Below, one piece after another: positions 29,157-44,239 of a stretch of 64,000 nt of DNA. Each line of letters starts with the position of its first letter. Position 1 is the first letter of the stretch. The stretch lies in NCBI RefSeq assembly GCF_009914755.1, contig NC_060942.1; one strand, 5' to 3'. Origin of the DNA: the human T2T-CHM13v2.0 reference genome, Homo sapiens. The notes under the pieces are model-generated. The model had not been told where the DNA came from and did no database searches. It was given only the letters and a program-made list of their open reading frames with translations. Both the position numbers and the translations under genes were made by a program.

Positions 29157-30778
29157 TTTACTAAAAGATGCAGTAGAGGCTGATGGGACTCAGAGATTTG
29201 AGCAAAATCTCTTTACTATGTATCAACTTAATAATATATGATAAAGAAATCACTTTAAAAGGAAAAATGCTGTGTTCAACATGTTGCTTCCGTCTTCATT
29301 CACCTGTGAATTAAAGATCCCTATACTTTCTGTTTGATGTATCCTGAATGTTAATATCTTCTTCATTTGCTCCCTGCTATAAATGAAACTTGTTGGTTAA
29401 TTATTCAGGAACATTACCAGATTCCATCTGCTATCTATGAGTAGCAAAATATTTATGAAACAGACCCTTTGTATAAAATGCTACAAATATAAGCATTTCT
29501 AATATTTTCAGAGCTATTCTGAATACAACATTCCAGTATGATCAGTTGCCTTTGATATACTCCCTTGTATTAAAATTGTGTGATAATTTTTCTATATTCA
29601 GAAAATGAATAAAGAATTTTTGATGTATCTCATATTCCAGCTTCTTGATTATCAGAGTAAGAATTTTAAGCAGGTATTAGAAAATGTAGGAACTAGACCA
29701 GCTCCCCGTTGCATTCAAGTAGCAGTACTACAAAGATATGAATGCCTCACTACATTCAAAAAGCACTAGCACTATATTCAGACCAGGTTATTAGCAACTC
29801 CCAGTAAGGGCACACAGATAGCATTACATATACTGATCTGAATCCCTTTTGGCCATCTCTTTAATAAACCGCATGTCCACATTTGTTCTCCTTATGGAAA
29901 AAAAAGTAAATTAATAAGTCCGTCAGTCATACACCTAACACTGTACCAAGTGGTAGGGCATATATATATATCTGAACTTGTCTGGGTTGGAGAAACACAA
30001 CCAAGCCAAGATAAAATGAATGAATAATAATTAAGATCTAAATGAACTGTGGGGTTGAGAAAACGGCAAGAACAGTTTTCAGAGGGAAGGCAAAGAGGGC
30101 TTGGTGAGGGAAAAGGATGTGATGTTCTTCCTTAACTTTATTATTTGTACAGAGCTCCTCAACTTTCAGGTAACCTCACTTCCAAAGATTATGTATAGTC
30201 ACTCTTAAATAGCCTTTCATAGTACAAATTCATCATTTGCATAGTAGTTAATCATCTAAGACCTGCTTACCCTTCAATAGTTGAGTTTTTGGAGGGTGGC
30301 ATAGCACAGAATCATGTGATTGTTGTTTCTTTTATTTGTATCTTTTAAATGAAAATACAGAAAAAATTATAAAGGATTAAAGTCTAGGTATCATGAATTT
30401 ACTATAATTTTTGCAAAGCAAAAGGATTGCAATAAGTAGGAGTGGTAGTTTCTCAGTCTCAATCTGATGCCTTAAACTGGTTATGTCAATTTAAATGAAA
30501 ACGAACAAAGCTTTTATAAATGCCAATAATATGAGGTCAAAGATTATGCCTAAAAGTCAAAATATAATTAACAAATACCATTTTACAGTTTTCAGAGAAG
30601 ATAATCTATCATTTGTTTTTTGGTATTTGACACATATTTTGAGGAATGCATTTTATCATGGAATACTGCTTGCACTTTGCCTAACTCATTCATCAAATAT
30701 TTATTGAGCACTTATATATGACAGGCATGTAAGATTTGAGATTGCTAAAATGAATACATATACTAAAACTAAAATATG

Positions 30779-30781
<3 letters not shown>

Positions 30782-30815
<34 letters not shown>
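30782..30815. repeat. (AT)17 microsatellite
   Basis: Seen directly. Confidence 0.95.
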
Positions 30816-30821
<6 letters not shown>

Positions 30822-31364
30822 GAGACAAATAAAAATTAGAGCATCAGAACCAGGATAGAGTGAGGAGACAGAGTTTGATTTACAATTTGACTCTGAACGT
30901 TTAAACAACCCAAGCTACAATGAAAACATGATCAATTATATCACTTTTGTCATCAATAATAACATATTAATTTGACACAAATCTCCCCTAAGCACTGATT
31001 GCTGAAGGCAATTTATCTTCTTGGGGTTTAGATAGCAGACAACATCCCCAGTGTCAACCAAACTAGATCTGCAGTATCAGGTTCTCTAAGACTAATCTGT
31101 AATTGTGGTTTTCAATGTAAGCCTTGCCAAACATTTCATAGTCATACTCAATAATACTGACGGAAGCTTCAAGCAAGATAATATAAAATTATTCTGTAGA
31201 AAATGGTTCTTGTGTAATAATTGAGAATGATATTTAAAATCTTTTTAGTTTAGTTGTTGGCATTGAAACTGGAGGCTTGAAGGGTACTTGGAATCCAACT
31301 ATAATGATGGCTCCTGGAAAACTCTTAACTAAATACAATTTGAATAAGCATTAAGGTTGTAATG

Positions 31365-31542
31365 CAGGAATAGCTGCATAATTTGTAGATCCCAATGCAA
31401 AGTGAAAATGTGAGGCTACTTGTTCAAAAATAATTAAGAATTTCAAGACAGCAAGAATAAAACATTAAAACAAGTGCAATGCCCTTCTGGGCTTGGGACC
31501 CTGGGCAGCTGCAGCAATTGCCAGCTCATGAAGCCAGTCCCA
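31365..31542 (-). mobile_element. MER45A (hAT-Tip100 MITE), full length
   Basis: 178 bp, CAGGAATAGCTGCATAATTTG...CATGAAGCCAGTCCC; 8-bp target-site duplication TTGTAATG / TTGCAATG. Confidence 0.88.
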
Positions 31543-31959
31543 TTGCAATGGGATTAGCACAAAATAACAGCCAGGAGCACATGTGAGGGGAACTCCAAAG
31601 AAGACTCCATGGACAGGTGCCCCAGAGAGAACACTGGCAATTATGTTCAGAAGCCAAGTCACTACTGAAGCATCCTGACCTCAGTGAGGAACATAGGCCT
31701 GCGCAAAGATGGATGTTCCAGGAGTTGAGAGGTGTGGAGTTGTGGCAAGACGGAGAGTATAGGGTGACAGACTGGGATAGGCCCTTAAGAAGAGAAACAA
31801 TGCTACAGAAAGAGGCGTTAGTATGACTCATATAAAGAGGTGGTATGTTCTTGTTGCCAAGTGAGATCAGACTCTTGAAATCCCTGACAACCAGGTTTTG
31901 GGTTTGATGTAATAGGAAACCAAGAACTCAGGAGATTTTTGTCAGGAGGAAAGTCACAA

Positions 31960-32525
31960 GCAGGCAGCCCTATTTTAGTAGGATTAGTCTGGCAATGGTG
32001 AGAGTCACAGTGGAGGAAAGGGCCACTGAAAGCAGGGAGAAAACCATGAAGGCTTTCACAGTAATTCTGAAGTGAGGTTTCACAAAAGGAGAAAGAAAAG
32101 GGGGGAAATCCTTGAATGAGAGGTCACAATAAAAAAAAATGAAGAGAAAAGAATTATGAAAAAAGGACATGAAAAACGTATCTCACATTAGATATAAAAA
32201 AACAAAGTATAGAGATATTAAATGAGATGGTCGAAGTCCTAGAGCTATCAAGTAGAAAATCAGAGACACATTGATACCACTGCCTCGCCAAGGAAAGAAA
32301 GAATTAAATTAAATTAAATTAAATTAAATATGGTTCCAGTTTTTGTAGCCCTGGATCTGGTAGTTGTAATGACAGAGATCAGCTGATTGAGAAAATAAAT
32401 AACTTAAGGGCCATCATGTCCCATACAGAGTTCTACTTGTCTAGTGAGAGTTAATATTAGACATCCAAATGGAACCATCCATAGATAACTGGAAATATGG
32501 CTTAGGTGAAAGATTAGAATCTAAA
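31960..32525 (-). mobile_element. L2 fragments containing an (AAATT)5 repeat
   Basis: TTTTAGTAGGATTAGTCTGGC; AGACATCCAAATGGA; (AAATT)n near 32302-32329. Confidence 0.55.
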
Positions 32526-35163
32526 TGGGGTAGTTGTGACAGATTCAGGGGGCAAGACTTTTTGACTGAATATGTGAGTTGGAAATAGGGTACAAATCAA
32601 TTAGTCTGGATCAGTTTGGGGGGACAAATTCTTTTTGTCCCTTCTTTTTGAGAGCTGGAGCTTTGCCTCCGTTTGAAGTATTTTATCTATTTTAAAGGAG
32701 ATTTTATAAAAATGGTTTTTGACAGCTTTCTTCTAGTTTTGTTCTCTTTTGCCAGGCATGCACAGTACTGAACTGTCCTCAGATTTTGGCACTTATGCCT
32801 CTTTCTTTTATTGTAATTACGTGTGTTTTACTCTCATTCCCATCACTAGACTCTAACCTACCTGAGCATCATATTCTCCAAAGCACTAGGGACAGTGCCT
32901 GGATCAAAGCCCAAAAGATAATTATATTATCACTTGGTTAATTACTTACTTTAAGCTAAATGTTTTTAAATATGTTACTATTCCCTGGATGATATGCACT
33001 TTAAGGGGAATGAGGATTGGAGGCTGGAGGATGAAGATAAAAGGGAAAGAGTATCAAATCCTTAAACTAAATGGATAAAGCTTTTAGTTACTTATTCATT
33101 CCTGTACATGTAAAGCCAGGTCTAGTTTAACTTTTAGATAAGCCTATATCCCACTGAAATCCACAACAATTATAAAGCAAGTTAATGTTCCTTATTTCAT
33201 TCTCTAGCATTAGTCATTTGTCTTACACTAAGAAGGGAGGAGGAAAGAGGAATCTTACTGTATTTGGATCAAATTTTGCACCAAAATTTCTTTCCCATAG
33301 AAGTCTGTTTGCCTTCCTCTTTCTATTTGACTTGTATTTTGTCAAAGATTTAAAGTTTCATGACCGCCTCTGGGGGGTACAAATCCACTAAAAGATATTT
33401 TTAATCGCAGCTGGCTTCCTGTTTATCCTGGAGGTCACTCATACTGGGAGCTGTTTTCCTGCCGATAAAACCTACAGGAATGTGTCTTGGAAGAAGCCAG
33501 CATAACTGTGTTGTGAAAGGATTTCATCTACTGCAGTTTAGTCATTCCCAATGTGATACTGAAAGGATGATCTCAACAAAAATAGAGTGAAATAAGAAAA
33601 TCCACATGACAAAGTTGCAGTTGCTAATTGATTTAGAGTATCAGATAGGATACTACTATAAATAAGAAAAATGATATGGGACTCATGCACACACATACCC
33701 ACACGTGCTTTCTCTGAAAAAGCTTCACCATCCACAATTAAATTCATATTTCTAAATACTGAATACAAAATAAATTACTATTTGGTTCCTCCTTCAGTAA
33801 AAACCAAATGATCTTGTTTTGCAATAAAAAGAAGAATTTGTCTCCAGATAATTATAAAATTTTACAGTTGTATTGAGAGGCCAGCACTCCCTCATGATAG
33901 AAATGAGGAAAGTGGTCATTGGAGCAGATGTTTGTCCTCTATAACATCAGAAGTACAACCAGGAAGAGATTACAAGGTTCTTGACCATCATTAAGTGCTG
34001 GATATACTTCATCCTCCAGCTTAGTTACACCTCCTGAGTGGCTACTGTAACCCCACGGTCTCCCTTTTCCAATCAATCCATCAATGGGGGGAAATCCATC
34101 CATTTCACTATCTGATTACTCTTCTTTAAGTACTGCATTTATTCTGCAGCTCTTCTGTCTCCAAAGGTCCAGTGGTTACACACTTACTTTCACATCAAAT
34201 CTATACTCATCAGCCTGATTTTAAGACCCTATATAATCTGATATCATGCTACCAATCAACTTTATCTTCAGTTAATATTGAATATGCCCTCTCTAATGGG
34301 GTCACTTCTCTCATGGCCTGATCATAAAAGCTGTCTCTCTTACCATTGTGCCTTCAGACACATTATTCCTCATACTTGAACCTTTTCTAGGGAATCGAGA
34401 ATTTAGTGATTATCAAATTTTTTTTTTGCAGATGAGAAAATCAGAGCCCAGAAAGGTAGTGATGATATCATTTTCTCATAGCTAATTAAAATACTGCCAG
34501 CTCAGAAATTCCAGTTTTCTAATCCCTTCTACATCACATGGGTAGCTTTCCTTCCTTTGCCGTGATCTGAATCCTGTGCATGCTTCTTAGTCAATTATAT
34601 TCTTCCTGTTTTTTTTTTATTAACCCATATCTAACAAACCAAGCCTTTATTGAGAATAATTTTTTTGTATATTTTCATCACTTATGAACTTAAAAAATTA
34701 GCAATTAATTATATCTTTCTTATTTTCTTTTTATTCAAGGAATTAGGTTTGTGACACTAAGCAAATGTTAAACATTTTAGAGTACAACATCTATGCTTAA
34801 ACTGTGTTTAACACTTATGTTGCACTTATATTGCTTGGTAGATTTTTAACATTAAAAAATTCAATTAAATTGCTGCCATTTGAACAAATAAATGCCATTT
34901 AGAAAAATACTTTGATGTGCTAACTCTATGATAATGTATGTATTCTGGAACACAGGCATAATAAGCAAGCTTCTAATAGTAAAGGAGTTTGTGAATACTA
35001 ATGAGGTACATCATCCTAGATAAATCTTTTAAGAAAATTGGGAGAAAAAAATTTTAAAATTTATATTGTTAAAGGACATGCCTGTACAATGAAAATCAGC
35101 AAAATTTTTGTTCCCAAGTCAGTCAATATCTTTCTCTCTTTTCAAAATACATTTGTAACCTTG

Positions 35164-35882
<719 letters not shown>

Positions 35883-37397
35883 CCTTGCATCCTGCATACA
35901 AATATAGTAGGAAAAAATTTAAATATATAGAAAAAAATCATTGTTTGTTCTATATTATTTCAACTCTTTGCAGTAACTGTGCTCAATCAAATAATTTGGT
36001 TATACAAATGTAATTGTGTTTCATTGCACTTTTAGACTCAGGTGAGCTGTTCCATAACACAAAAACATCATCATATCAGTTTGGTAATTTTAGAATCATT
36101 TTGATCCAGTTATTTAAAATACAATAATTTTAAAATTGCATATTCAACTACATTGGAAAAAATAGGATTTCATTATTAGGTTAGAGCCAGGAAAAATATG
36201 GGGATAATGGAGAATGATGAGATAATGAGGATATTTGAGTTTTAAAATTATCAAGGCTGGTTTCTATTATGGTATTGTTTGTGAGATGCCTCAAGATGGA
36301 TTCACTTGGGAAGTTAATAGTTTTTTCAAATTGTTAGTAAGTTGTAGTAAATATAAAAAGTATGGATATATGAATATCATGTTAACATACAGCATGGATA
36401 TTAACATCATATGATATCATATGCATACATATAAAACATAAGCACATATATTAATATTGTATAGCATATGTTTTATTATTTTAAAATGTATTTTGGTGCC
36501 TAGGACATATGATAATTTTAAACAATGCTTTTCTTAAACCCTTTCTATTGCAGCAATATTTTAAAATCAGCAGCTTCCTGTTCAAGACAGTGAGCAATTT
36601 CTCAGTCTCTTGCCCCTCAAAGTGCAATTGAAATCACAGAACTATTGTTATTATTTGATATCTATACTACCATTGGAAAACAAAATGATGGTAACAGTAA
36701 CTCAAAATTTCTGGAAAATTAAAAGTGAAAGCAGAAAAAAGCGATAAATAGAAAGAGTCCTAATGAAGTCTTGGGAATCGTCAAACACAGCATCATCAAC
36801 AAATAGAAAAAGTCAGAGTGTCTGTGGGTAGTGATCAGGGTAATTAAATAAAGAAACAGCTGGGACAAAGAAAAAAGAAACACCTTTCCCCTACATTATC
36901 AGTTACTGCCTTTACCACTTGTTCAAAACCCTGAGGACCCTGTTAAGGAAGATACAAGGTCTAACTGTGGGATATTCTGGTGTTAGTGTTGGGGCCTCAA
37001 GAAAGAGAGCTGAGCAGATGCTGAGATGACTCCGAATTGCTTCACTAGAGAGTGGTGTGCGGCAGGGTTGAATGAACGAACAAGGACACTGCTCAGTTAG
37101 GAAATGTGCTAAGGGAATCCCCTATATCACTCTACAGCAGAGACACTCTCTCCCTCATTTTTTGTGGCAGTCTTCTGCCTGCAAGTCTTTCAGATTTTAG
37201 CAAACATGGATACCGCAGGGTTGGTTAACAGCTACGAAGCTCTGGACTCACCCATCCAGCACTTATTAGATGGTGTCAGTGCAGTTGCATGGGGTGCCTC
37301 TGCTGGATCCTAAGATCGAAGAGAGCCCGGAACTTGTCTAGTGTGTTCATCTTTATACAGTCTTTGTACAGTGTCTGCTATAAGATATTAGACATAT

Positions 37398-37984
37398 TGT
37401 TACCAGAAGGCAAGCCTAGGAGGTGAGATGTCCAGGTTCTTGGCGTGTGGAACAAAGAATTGAACAAAGTGCGCAAAGTAACAAAGGAACGAAATGGTGA
37501 AAGTAGGGATTTACTGAAGCTAGAGAACCCTCCACAGGGAGGGAGCGGGCCCCAGCAAGTGGCTCAAGACCCCGGTGACAAAGTTTTCTGGAGTTTAAGT
37601 GCCCCATTTTGAGGTCCGGATTGGCTATCCACTATGCGGATGAAGGATTTGGCCTGTGGCCATTTAGAGGCCAGAGTGGATTTGGCGCCCTATGCAGATG
37701 AAGGAATGGCCTGCATTTGGCCCGCGGGCAATCCAAGGCAGTTTCCTTTTACATCCGAGATACAGTGCGAAAGGGGGTGGTGCAGGGAGCAGCTTTTGAT
37801 ACTTTGTTACTGGGGCTTAGAGAGATAGGGATTTTCCTTTCCCTTTAGCTTTAGGAAGTGATCACAAATTGGCCTTAGAGTCTCTGCCTCCAGACCCAGG
37901 TGTTTTCCTTTTTGATCCAGCTTTAGGAAATTAGCTCCAATTGGCCTTCAATTCCCTGCCTCCAGACCCTATTCTCCTGCCTCA
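37398..37984 (-). mobile_element. ERV1 solo LTR (MER51/MER61 group)
   Basis: Reverse strand TGAGGCAGGAGAATAGGGTCTGGAGGCAGGGAA...GGTAACA; 4-bp target-site duplication ATAT. Confidence 0.88.
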
Positions 37985-38486
37985 ATATCATATGCTAAAT
38001 AACCAAATAAATAAATAAACAAACATTCTGTATCACAGTATCAGGTGCACTATCATTTAACTGGTGAAATTGCCAGGACACACATAGACTTCCATTTCCT
38101 AACCAGCTTTTGCCATAACAAAAGTAGAACCCAAACTTTCATCACACTGGACAATGTTAAGTTTCCTTTTAAGTATGTGAAACAACACAGAAAAGTGCAA
38201 GAGATTGTTGTTAATGATGTTGTTTCAGTTTCAGAGAACTCATAAACAGGAACCATTCTGAGTAATGTTGGACTGCTGAAGTGAAGAAACAGAAACATTA
38301 CACATCTTTCTAACTACTCAGAAACTTTTCCTGACTCCTGTTCATTCTGTGGTCTCTATCTTTTATGCACTATCATACTTAGAACACCAATTTAACCCTT
38401 AAGTATATATCTCTATACTACATGTGGCATTCTTTACTCCGCCTTCATATCACGGTGAGTACATGTGATGTAATTATGAGAATGTG

Positions 38487-38783
<297 letters not shown>

Positions 38784-40504
38784 GGAGAGAGAGAATGTGA
38801 CTTGAGGGAACCACAAACATAACATTTGATCTGCTGGGCAAATATCTTGATTTCTCTGACCATCTATTTTCTCATCTGGATTATGGAAAATCAATGCCTT
38901 TCCAGTATCACCAATGTGAAGATTAAATAACACAATGTGTGAAAAATGCCTTCCTCTATGTTGGTTCTAACATGGTTTGCCTCTGAAAAAGGCAATACTA
39001 GCTATATTGTTACTGTCATTTTTTTCCTATCCTCATGAAGCTCACCAAAGTAAAATCCCTAATTGCAATTTTTATTCTTGAATAATTTGGCCAACAATTT
39101 TGTCTTTAAATGTCCTTGAAAACATGCCTGCTTCTATGCAGTGCCCATGAGGAGAGTACTCTATTATCCAAGTGATTCAAAAATTATTTTTATGCTACTT
39201 GAACCTCAGAGGTACAGCGGAGAAGGTGGTGAAGGGGATAGTAAAAGCTTGACTGTGCTGGCAACATGACAAGTAGGGCAGCATGCATGGATTCCTATTT
39301 CCTATTATTTAAATTAAGAAAGAAAGAAAAAAGGAGATGTGCTCTGGAAAGCATCAAATGCAACTGCAAAGCTGGTTTACTTATCAGCTAACCACAAAGC
39401 TTCCTGATCTACATTGTCTCAGGGCTGGATCTCATTTGCTCAAATTTAGATTGACGGGAAAAGATGGTACATAAGACAGGGATGGAATATTTCTGGGAGT
39501 TAACATAAGTTGTAAACAACAGAGATAAAATTCATTGGGGGAACATAAAAACTAACCCAATCTTATCAAACTGAAGAACTCAGAAAATAGTAATTGTAAC
39601 TATTTAGGGAGATAAGAGGATAAATACAACTCTTCAAGAGGCAAGGGATTGGCTATACCTCTTTGAGAGGCAAATGTAAGGTAGGGTCAAGGCATTGGTA
39701 GTTCTCTCCCTCTGACTGAGGACTCCAGTGGCTGTGGGGGATTACTTTGAGCTAAGGAAACTTCAGCCTGAGGCACAGTAGATAAATAGAAGGATATTCA
39801 AATATTGGTCACCAAGGTATTCCAAGGATTTTTGTAAAGAGGAAATATGATATCTAAGAAAGAAAAGAGAGTGGAAGAGTAAGTACATTTCACTTGATTC
39901 AACAGATGTTTAAAATTGGGCATTTGAAAGTTTTAAGTGAGAAAGGAAATAAGTATAAAATAGTATTGAGTGTGGCCAAGGGGATAAAATAATGGCATAA
40001 AACAAAAACAAGGGGCTTTCAAGGAATGGATGCAGAAAGCCTGGTGGTAGAAATGCCAGTCCAGGAGATATCTGCAATGAGACCGAACAAGTTCGAACAC
40101 ATCTATTTCAAGAAATTTTGATCTTGGATGAAGAAGAAAGAGCAAAATGATACTATAAAATAATTCCTTCTCACCTAATTTTTAAGATTCAGTAGAGTTT
40201 AAGACATGTGGTACATACTGCCAAAATTTGGTACTTCCTTTCCTCCTCTTCCCTAAAAACACTGTCCTTTAAAGCTGTTGAAGGAAGACTTAACAAGATA
40301 ACCAAGTTTCAACTTTAAAATATGCTTTAAGACATAATTTTACTTCCAAAATAGCAAACTGCCTACTCCAATGTTAGAATTGAAGAAAGATCCAAATATG
40401 GAAAATATTCTATTTACATTTAGTCCAAATGCTCAAGAATTATTAACTTACTCTAAGAGAATTATTAGTAATAAAATTATTGATATAGCACACATAATAC
40501 ACTA

Positions 40505-40804
40505 CTTTTTTAAGAGACGGCATCTTGCTCTCTTGCCCAGGGTGGAGTAGAGTGACACAATCATAGCTCACTGCAGCCTCAACTTCCCAGGCTCAAGTGA
40601 CCCTCCCGTCTCAGCCTCCTGAGTAGCTAGGACTACAGTCATGTGCCACCATGCTCAGCTAATTTTTCATTTTTTAATTTTTGATAGGGATGGCATCTCA
40701 CTATGTTACCCAAGCTGGTCTCAAACTCTTGGGCTCAAGCAATACTCCTGCCTTGGCCTCCCAAAGTGCTGGGGTTATACTGGTGTGAAGCACCACCCCA
40801 GGCC
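40505..40804 (-). mobile_element. AluJ
   Basis: Reverse dimer with ATCATAGCTCACTGCAGCCTC; flanks AATACACTACTT / AATAGACTACTT. Confidence 0.93.
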
Positions 40805-40944
40805 AATAGACTACTTCTTATTTGCTTAAAAGACATTAAACAAAACAGCCAACTTAATAGAATTTTTCAAATACATTTATTGAGAACGTAAGAAAGCAGA
40901 TGATTTGAAAATGAAAACTGTCAAAAAATTATATCGGCAAGAGG

Positions 40945-41125
40945 CTGGTGAGAGGGATTAAGCATGGGGTTCTCAAGCTATACTGCCTGGGTTTGAAATC
41001 TGACTCTGCCACTTCATAGGTCCCTAGGATTCTGTTTTCTCATCTGTGCAATGAAGTTAAAAAGAGTACCTACCCCATAAGGTTGTTGCAAGACCAAGTC
41101 CGTTATTACAACTAAAGCTCTGTAA
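40945..41125 (+). mobile_element. MIR
   Basis: CTGCCTGGGTTTGAAATCTGACTCTGCCACTT...TTTTCTCATCTGTGCAATG. Confidence 0.8.
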
Positions 41126-41989
41126 AAATTTCCTCTTGTAATCTGCTTCCAAGACTACCTGGGCATAGTAAGAACCAATATACTTTAGCAACTATAAATA
41201 TTGCTTGGTTTACTAGGTCTGTTTGCCCCTTTTAATCACCTTTTGTTAGGCTGACAGAGCTACAAATAAGCCTAAAGCCACAGATAATTACCCACAGGAA
41301 GAAATTCTACTTATCTCCTGAAATGGTTTACTAATGCTTAATCTGGTATTACTACTAAAAGAAAATACCTATTTCAAGTTTTAAAATTTTGTTCTTTATT
41401 CCAAGTCAAAATATGCCTATAAAGTTTTTTTGCAAAGAAAAAAAAATGCTACTGAAGTAACATTAGTATTTATATCTAAAACCTGGACTGCAAGCCTGAT
41501 TACAAACAGAGGTCTCCCTTCCAACATTATTGCTAGAGAACAATATAATCTTTGATAGCTCTTGGCACATCATATAATACAAAAAACAAAATAAAAATAC
41601 ATCATGTAAAAAAATTATAAGTACAATAATAGTGTGAAAATAATGACTAGAGCCAGACGGATTTGCTTGAGAAAATTTCATACATGTACACGGCAATTTG
41701 CATTTATTTGACCATTTCCTATTGCTTGTCCACCTGAATGAAGGCCTGATAGGGTTAAATCATATAGATTAACACTCTGAAAAGAAGCCAACACTGGTGT
41801 TTTAATGCAGCCAAAGCCGAATAACAATAGTCCAGGAAAGATACATTTTATGCCCCCATGCATTTGTTTATGCAGCTCCCTCTGCCTTAAATTTCCTTTC
41901 CATTCATCCCCAAGGTTCAGTTTAAATGCTGCAGGTCACATCTCCTACTTCTCTTCAAAGGAAAAATCCTCTCTCAAATTTTGAAAGGC

Positions 41990-41993
<4 letters not shown>

Positions 41994-42033
<40 letters not shown>

Positions 42034-42191
42034 CACATTTCATATATATTAATATATTTAATATATTAATAATATAAATTATATACACAATATATAGTAA
42101 ATAACATTATTATGTATTCACTAACATTATATATAGTTAAATATATATAATTTGTATATATACACACACATATATAGACACACACACACAT
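41994..42191. repeat. Compound (TA)n/(CA)n low-complexity tract within an L2 remnant
   Basis: Seen directly; flanked by L2-like CAAGGTTCAGTTTAAATG and ATTTGTTAAGTGAATGAA. Confidence 0.85.
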
Positions 42192-44239
42192 TACACACCC
42201 TCTCTTCACAGGGGCACTGTGTTATCCTTGATGTCTACTTGTTGGCCTATCACACCGTATGGCTGGCTTCCAGGTCAGGTGCTGTATCTTTTCAATGTAA
42301 GTAAGAATGTATTAGCAGAGTGCTGCACACAGCACTTAGTAGGTCCTCCACAACTATTTGTTAAGTGAATGAAAAAACACATGTCATATAAAGTCCTTAA
42401 CAATGTATATGCCTCTTTTGTAAGCTTCATTTTATTTTTTAAAAAGAATAGTATTAAAAGGCATCAATAATTCTAATTTATAAATTAGGAAAATGAAGCT
42501 CAGGAACATTCAGTATTTTGATCAATGTCACACAGTTAGTGAATAGGGAGATGAGAATCTCAATTTAACTCCACTTAACTCTTAATTCTGATGTACATTC
42601 CAAAATAGCATGCTGGTAAGTTTTCTAACTCTTACAGCAGGAATGTCATTTGTTTTATGGTACAAAATCTTGCTGGTCTAGGAATTTAAATGCAACTGCT
42701 CTGATAGTATAAACAAAGGTCCCATTTATTCCTAGTTGATATCTTGGAAAATTGTGTTTATTCTGTCAGGCTTGACACTCAGGCTTCTAATGCATGTTGT
42801 TTGGCTTTCTGACATTATTCAGCAGAAGAGAGGCTTTAAACAACATTTAAGGGAAAGGAGCAATAGTTTGATCTTGAATGTGGGGAAGAAGGGATATCCA
42901 GACAGAGACTTGACAAAGGCAAAAAGAAATGAGCAAATGGTATATATCATTTTAAGCAGATTTGCATGACTGGAGCCAACAGCTACTGTCAAGGAAGAAA
43001 ATAGACTGGCTGTACATAGAATTGGGATAAGAACCCGTCAAGATGGTATGATTTGAGGAACACTAAAAGCTATTCCCTTGCCTAGAAGTACTTTCCCTGC
43101 TGACCGCCCCCCACCCCTCTCCAATGCATAATTTTACTTATTTTTCTGAGTTAGAGCATCAAAAATTTCTGTTCACAGTCAAGTCTGTTTTCCAGGAGGG
43201 ATGAAAGTTTCACTGTTTGCCGCCCATAGATACAATGTGAAATGGTTGATCAAATTACCCAAGGTTAATAAATTCCTTAAAACAATGCAAATAAATCCAG
43301 AATAATGCATGTAAACAAATGTTTTCTAGAGAAAGTGATAATAATCCCTACTCCCCTTATTAAGCAGTGTTGTTGTGGAGTAGAATTAATCACATCAATT
43401 TTCTATGGGGAAAAATGCCAGATACTTTAATGTATTAATATTTGCTTTAATATCTAACATGATATATTTAAGTAGAATTAATAACATTGATTTTACAGTG
43501 CTGTTGGTCAAGCATTGTTCTGTTTCATATATATGTATGTATATTTGTGTGCATATTTAATATGTATGTTTTATTCCAGTTAATTTTATGAACAACCCTA
43601 TAATGAAGAGACTAAGGAACTAAAAAGGAGACAAACTAAGGAACAGAGAAGTTAAATAACCTGTCCAAGATCACACGACTAGTTAGTCGTAGAACTGGGA
43701 TTACTGTGATAGGTAAATTTGTTTAATCTCTGTCATTTCCATTATAGCAGTTTATGCAAGGATAAGTGATTATTTTACTGGTATTCAAATTATCAAGGTA
43801 TCATTTATGTATGACTCATCAAAAAAGTTGTTTTATAGTTGTTATCTTAATTGTTCAAGTAAAAAAAAAAAACAGTGAATATGTCAAACACTTACACTGA
43901 TTTGCCCTTTGCCTTTTCAAAGTAGAAATAATCACTTAGACCCTAGAAATAACAGTTGATCACCCCCAAACCTCTCCATATGGCTTGGCATAAGGACTGC
44001 TTTTTACTGGCACACAGAGTGGTTGCTGCTGGCAGGACTCAACTTCTATAACTTTCAAATTAATTGAAGGCTTGCATGTACCTTCACCCTCTGGACAGTG
44101 AAGGAGAAGTGGACTCAGTATCGGAAGCCTCTCTCCACTCAGGAGTCCAGTATCTTGCCTCCTGGAATATTTAACATTAAATCAACTTTCACAGCTACGT
44201 ACTGTCTTCCTCTTCCTTTAACTGTTACCATACCTTCGA